From the NCBI GenBank assembly GCA_010015805.1, contig ML978128.1:1364001-1428000 (forward strand): a stretch of DNA of 64,000 bases, given 5' to 3'. Below the pieces are notes generated by a model. The model saw nothing but the letters and a program-made list of their open reading frames with translations, had not been told where the DNA came from and did no database searches. Within the stretch, counting starts at the first letter, position 1. Each line of letters opens with the position of its first letter. Shown one piece after another: positions 60,693-64,000 of the stretch. The stretch is from Rhizodiscina lignyota (Eukaryota). The translations under genes were made by a program, and so were the position numbers.

Positions 60693-63600
60693 TTTGAAGT
60701 TTGTTGAATAGAACAAAGAATGTGTGAAAACTAAGAAGGAAATAAGGAAAAGATGAAGATTTAAAAGAAAGATTGGATTATTGGATTGGTTGTTTGTGTA
60801 CTGATGGGGAAAAAGAGAAGCCATACGAGAGCACTTGCAAGGGATTATATATTGGCTGGTCGATGGTTACGACCGCCGTCATCACGGCCGTCGGCGGCGA
60901 CGTGGTGTGCTGTCTGCAGGTGCAGTGGCCAGGATCAGCTATTCTTGGTCAGCTATACAAAGTCATCTCGGATTCCAGACACCGTATTGCGATGATCGCG
61001 TGCGTGGGTGTTTGTTCAGCGGCCGCCCGCCATCCGGCAGCTTGCCGGGGGCGGTGCTGGGCGCGCTGGTAAGTCTAGAGGAGCAGATGTCGAGTCGCGC
61101 ACGGTGCTTACCGAGTAAGCGCTGTTCCCGTTGGGGGCAAGCAGGCAGCTGCTGGCTGGAAGGCCTGGAATAGATTCTCGCCGAGCTGCGCCATCCCGGC
61201 GCACCTTTCCTTCCGCCCATCTCGTGCATCTCTTGGCGCCACATGCCGTTGGCAGACACGCCAGATGCTTGCCAGTGCTTGCGCCATAATTGGCCTGCGC
61301 AAGGGGGAAATTGGTCAGCACCAGGGAATGCTTGCGTAGCTTAACCCAAACCTTAACCTTACCTTACCACCAAATCTGCGTCTGGACCCACCGCCGCCGC
61401 TGCCGCCTACTCGCCAGCCGGGGCCTTTTCCGTCGCCCTCACAACCCCAACATGTGGCTGTCGTTTGCTCCGGGAAACAAACAAACCGATGTTTCGAAAC
61501 ACCAAAGCCTCCTTCGATATCCAGAGCAGCTGCGCTCGGCGACTTGCACACCTACTCCGCACACCTGTCTCGGGAAATCGAGCACCCAATCTCCCTTGCG
61601 AATCTCAAATCAGCTTTCAGCCTCGCCTGTCGGCCGACGGTAGCCTGGAGCGCGCATTGAGCAATAACCGCATCTCGGGGGTGCGGTTGTTTAGTCAGAC
61701 GACCAGCGAGACGACACCGCCAAGTCACAGCTATTGTAGGAGGTAGGGACTTCTCGCCCTCAGCAGTGCAGCGCGTTAAGCGGCCAGGCCGAGCGCACTT
61801 CCATTAACCGTTAACTCGCCTCGCTGTTGACGCCGGAAACGGGTCTTACAGTGCAAGGAATTACCGGAAATGGATGGCCATGATCAAAAGAGGGCGTTGC
61901 TCACGCCTTGCGCCCAACACCTTCTGTGCCGTCTTAACTTCTCGCTTCGAAACGAATCCTTCGCGCGCGTTGAAAGTACACGCCGTCAGCACTGCGTGGC
62001 CTCGGATGGCTCGCCGCGGCACATCGCCAGTTCGTTGTCCTCATGCCAGGTACCGTTGACTGTGCCTTTTCGTGTGCTCTGTGCACAGCACCCCTGAGCG
62101 CAAAATGATTCACAGACAGGGCTGTTCAGATGCAAGCCGCACCAAAAAGGCGGTATACGATCGCCTGGCCCTCATTACCGACAACCTACACATTTTCCTA
62201 GGGCTTTTTTATTGACTTCTGGAAATGTTGCTATTGGACAAAAGTCAACGAACTTGGCCGAATTGGGAGGCGCGCATCGCGCGTCTGACATGATGGTGAT
62301 CTGGAGCGAATCACGAAGCGAGCTATAAGCTGACCGGGCCACGGGTGGCTTCTAGAGAAGCATGTACAAGCATGTACAAGATTGCTCGGCGTCGTCTATT
62401 CACCGTGTATGCAAGAACACCTCCCAGCACTTGCCGTATAACGAATGGCACGACGTCGAGTCAAGCATCCGCGTAGCACCCACGAGATGAATCAAGGTTA
62501 TCAAGCTCGCCCCCGCACAATTTGAGCAAGGGAGATCTGCGCTCTTTCGCGTTCTGGGATGGACTGTGCCCAGCGCTTGACCCCAGGAACGGACTGGAGA
62601 TCGATTAAATTCGATGGGCTGAACCAGTGAACAACCCATGTGTTTCGCTCCCCCTTTACAAAATTGCATTTTGCAGAACAAGCAAAGACAAGGAGATCTG
62701 AATTACAGAACCACATCTCGAGCCCATCAACTGCCTAGAATAGCAACATGTCCGAATGCGGATGCTAATATCTGAGGAGAGACGATGTCAAATGCCGATG
62801 TCCTTTGCGTTGAGGCTATACACACTGGTCATAGACGTTGTGCTTGGTCCCGTAACTTTCCTCAGGAAGGCTCAGATGCGGGACGCAGATGAGCCATAGA
62901 GTTCCAGGCACCAGGGGAAAAGAGTCAGCTCCTTCGTACACGTGTGCTCCAGGAAACGATCCCCCAAGTTTGCAGCCCCAGTGGCTGAACAGGGCTGAAA
63001 AAACTTTTTGATTAGGCGATACAGCTGGAAATGCGGCGACAAACATTTCAACACCCACTTCTCGTAGCGACTGCATTATTCGTTTCCGTCCAACTCCGAC
63101 TGCCTGTTGTTTTCTGTCAGCTTCTCCGTAAAGAAATGATTTTATCTAATAAAAATTCACAGCCGCCAAGTATTAGCTGACAAAGGTCGCCTCTTAGGCG
63201 CCAATATTGCATTGTCCGATTGATATCCGGGCCGGGTTGAGTACATAGTGTTTACTCGCCACGACGCCAAGTCGGGATTATTTGCTCCCATCAGGCGGCC
63301 AGGCCCCGGTGGACATGAGAGACACCAACAACACTAACTCCGGGGCTTTCGTACGAGAAATTTCAAATGCACATGAGGACCTGGATACATGGTGACACGA
63401 GCTTGGCCATAGGATTGAGCGCCTCGCACGGGAGGATGGAGGCTCAAAATCTGACACTGGAAATACCTCTCTGTGATTCCGTCAAGGTACCTTTAACGAC
63501 CAAACAGGAACATGCTTACGGAGACGCGGAGTTGTGAGAAGAGACCGTTTGCCTTTTAACGGTAGGTAATTGCCAAGTTTGTTTCTTTGCATGCAGCACC

Positions 63601-64000
63601 ATTGTTCACGAGCATGGCGATTTGGGCTCAACGCGCTCTTTGCTCTCACGCTTCATTCATTATCTCTTTTCCACAGCTAATTTCCACAGCTAATAATATG
63701 CTGTCTCGGACATTTGGATCAGATCATCAGACAATGCGGACAATCCCGCTAATTCTTCGAGTCGTGCAATTATCCGACGAGTTGGCATGTTATGCCTTTG
63801 AATAGAAACGTGTGGGATATTCTTTTTTTGGATCATCTAAGCAAACACTCAGTGTGTTTCTCTCGAGCCTGGAATTCGACTGTGCTTCCTCAATTTCGAC
63901 TCCTCTCTGCCACGGATAGACCAAGATAGGGCAGTCGCACTGGTGGAGAGTGTTGATGTCGATGGCCATCACTAAGTCTCGCTACAGGAACGTATGGTAG

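Noticed and set aside
59409..60711. Long plus-strand ORFs (385 and 308 aa) opposite the LsdA-like gene
   Set aside because: These are antisense shadows of a strongly codon-biased gene. The same applies to the many shadow ORFs over TBP, NST1, POL1 and PCM1.
61341..61370. Telomere-like run TTAACCCAAACCTTAACCTTACC
   Set aside because: It has no exact CCCTAA repeats and is too short and degenerate to be an interstitial telomere or a telomerase template.
63114..63182. TGTCAGCT…AGCTGACA inverted repeat with ATGATT and CTGA, a possible C/D snoRNA
   Set aside because: Box C is non-consensus, the D box is buried in the stem, and I recognise no rRNA guide.

Overview
This is a gene-dense, intron-containing window from a filamentous ascomycete (Pezizomycotina, plausibly a Dothideomycete; inferred from GT..CTRAC..YAG introns and gene content). 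The housekeeping and conserved backbone comprises TBP, a GDS1-like winged-helix protein, a DUF2235 hydrolase, a peroxisomal FAD amino-acid oxidase, OMS1, RHO2, NST1, mitochondrial ribosomal protein mL40, phosphoacetylglucosamine mutase, DNA polymerase alpha, a PUF3-type Pumilio protein, a LAT-type amino-acid permease and a secreted LsdA/ferritin-like protein. Accessory-looking patches interrupt it. At 1-2.9 kb there are RIP-damaged gene relics. A 20.8-29 kb block holds a 2OG-oxygenase-fold protein lacking its HxD motif, a RIP relic between 75-bp direct repeats, a 3xCCCH-RBR ubiquitin ligase, a hairpin-dense AT-rich island with a U2-snRNA-like segment, and an aldolase-II gene whose apparent signal peptide carries an in-frame TAG. 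An ankyrin-HET gene sits between PCM1 and POL1. I found no rRNA, tRNA, CRISPR array or intact transposon. Exon boundaries were read by eye, and family calls come from motif recognition, not database searches.
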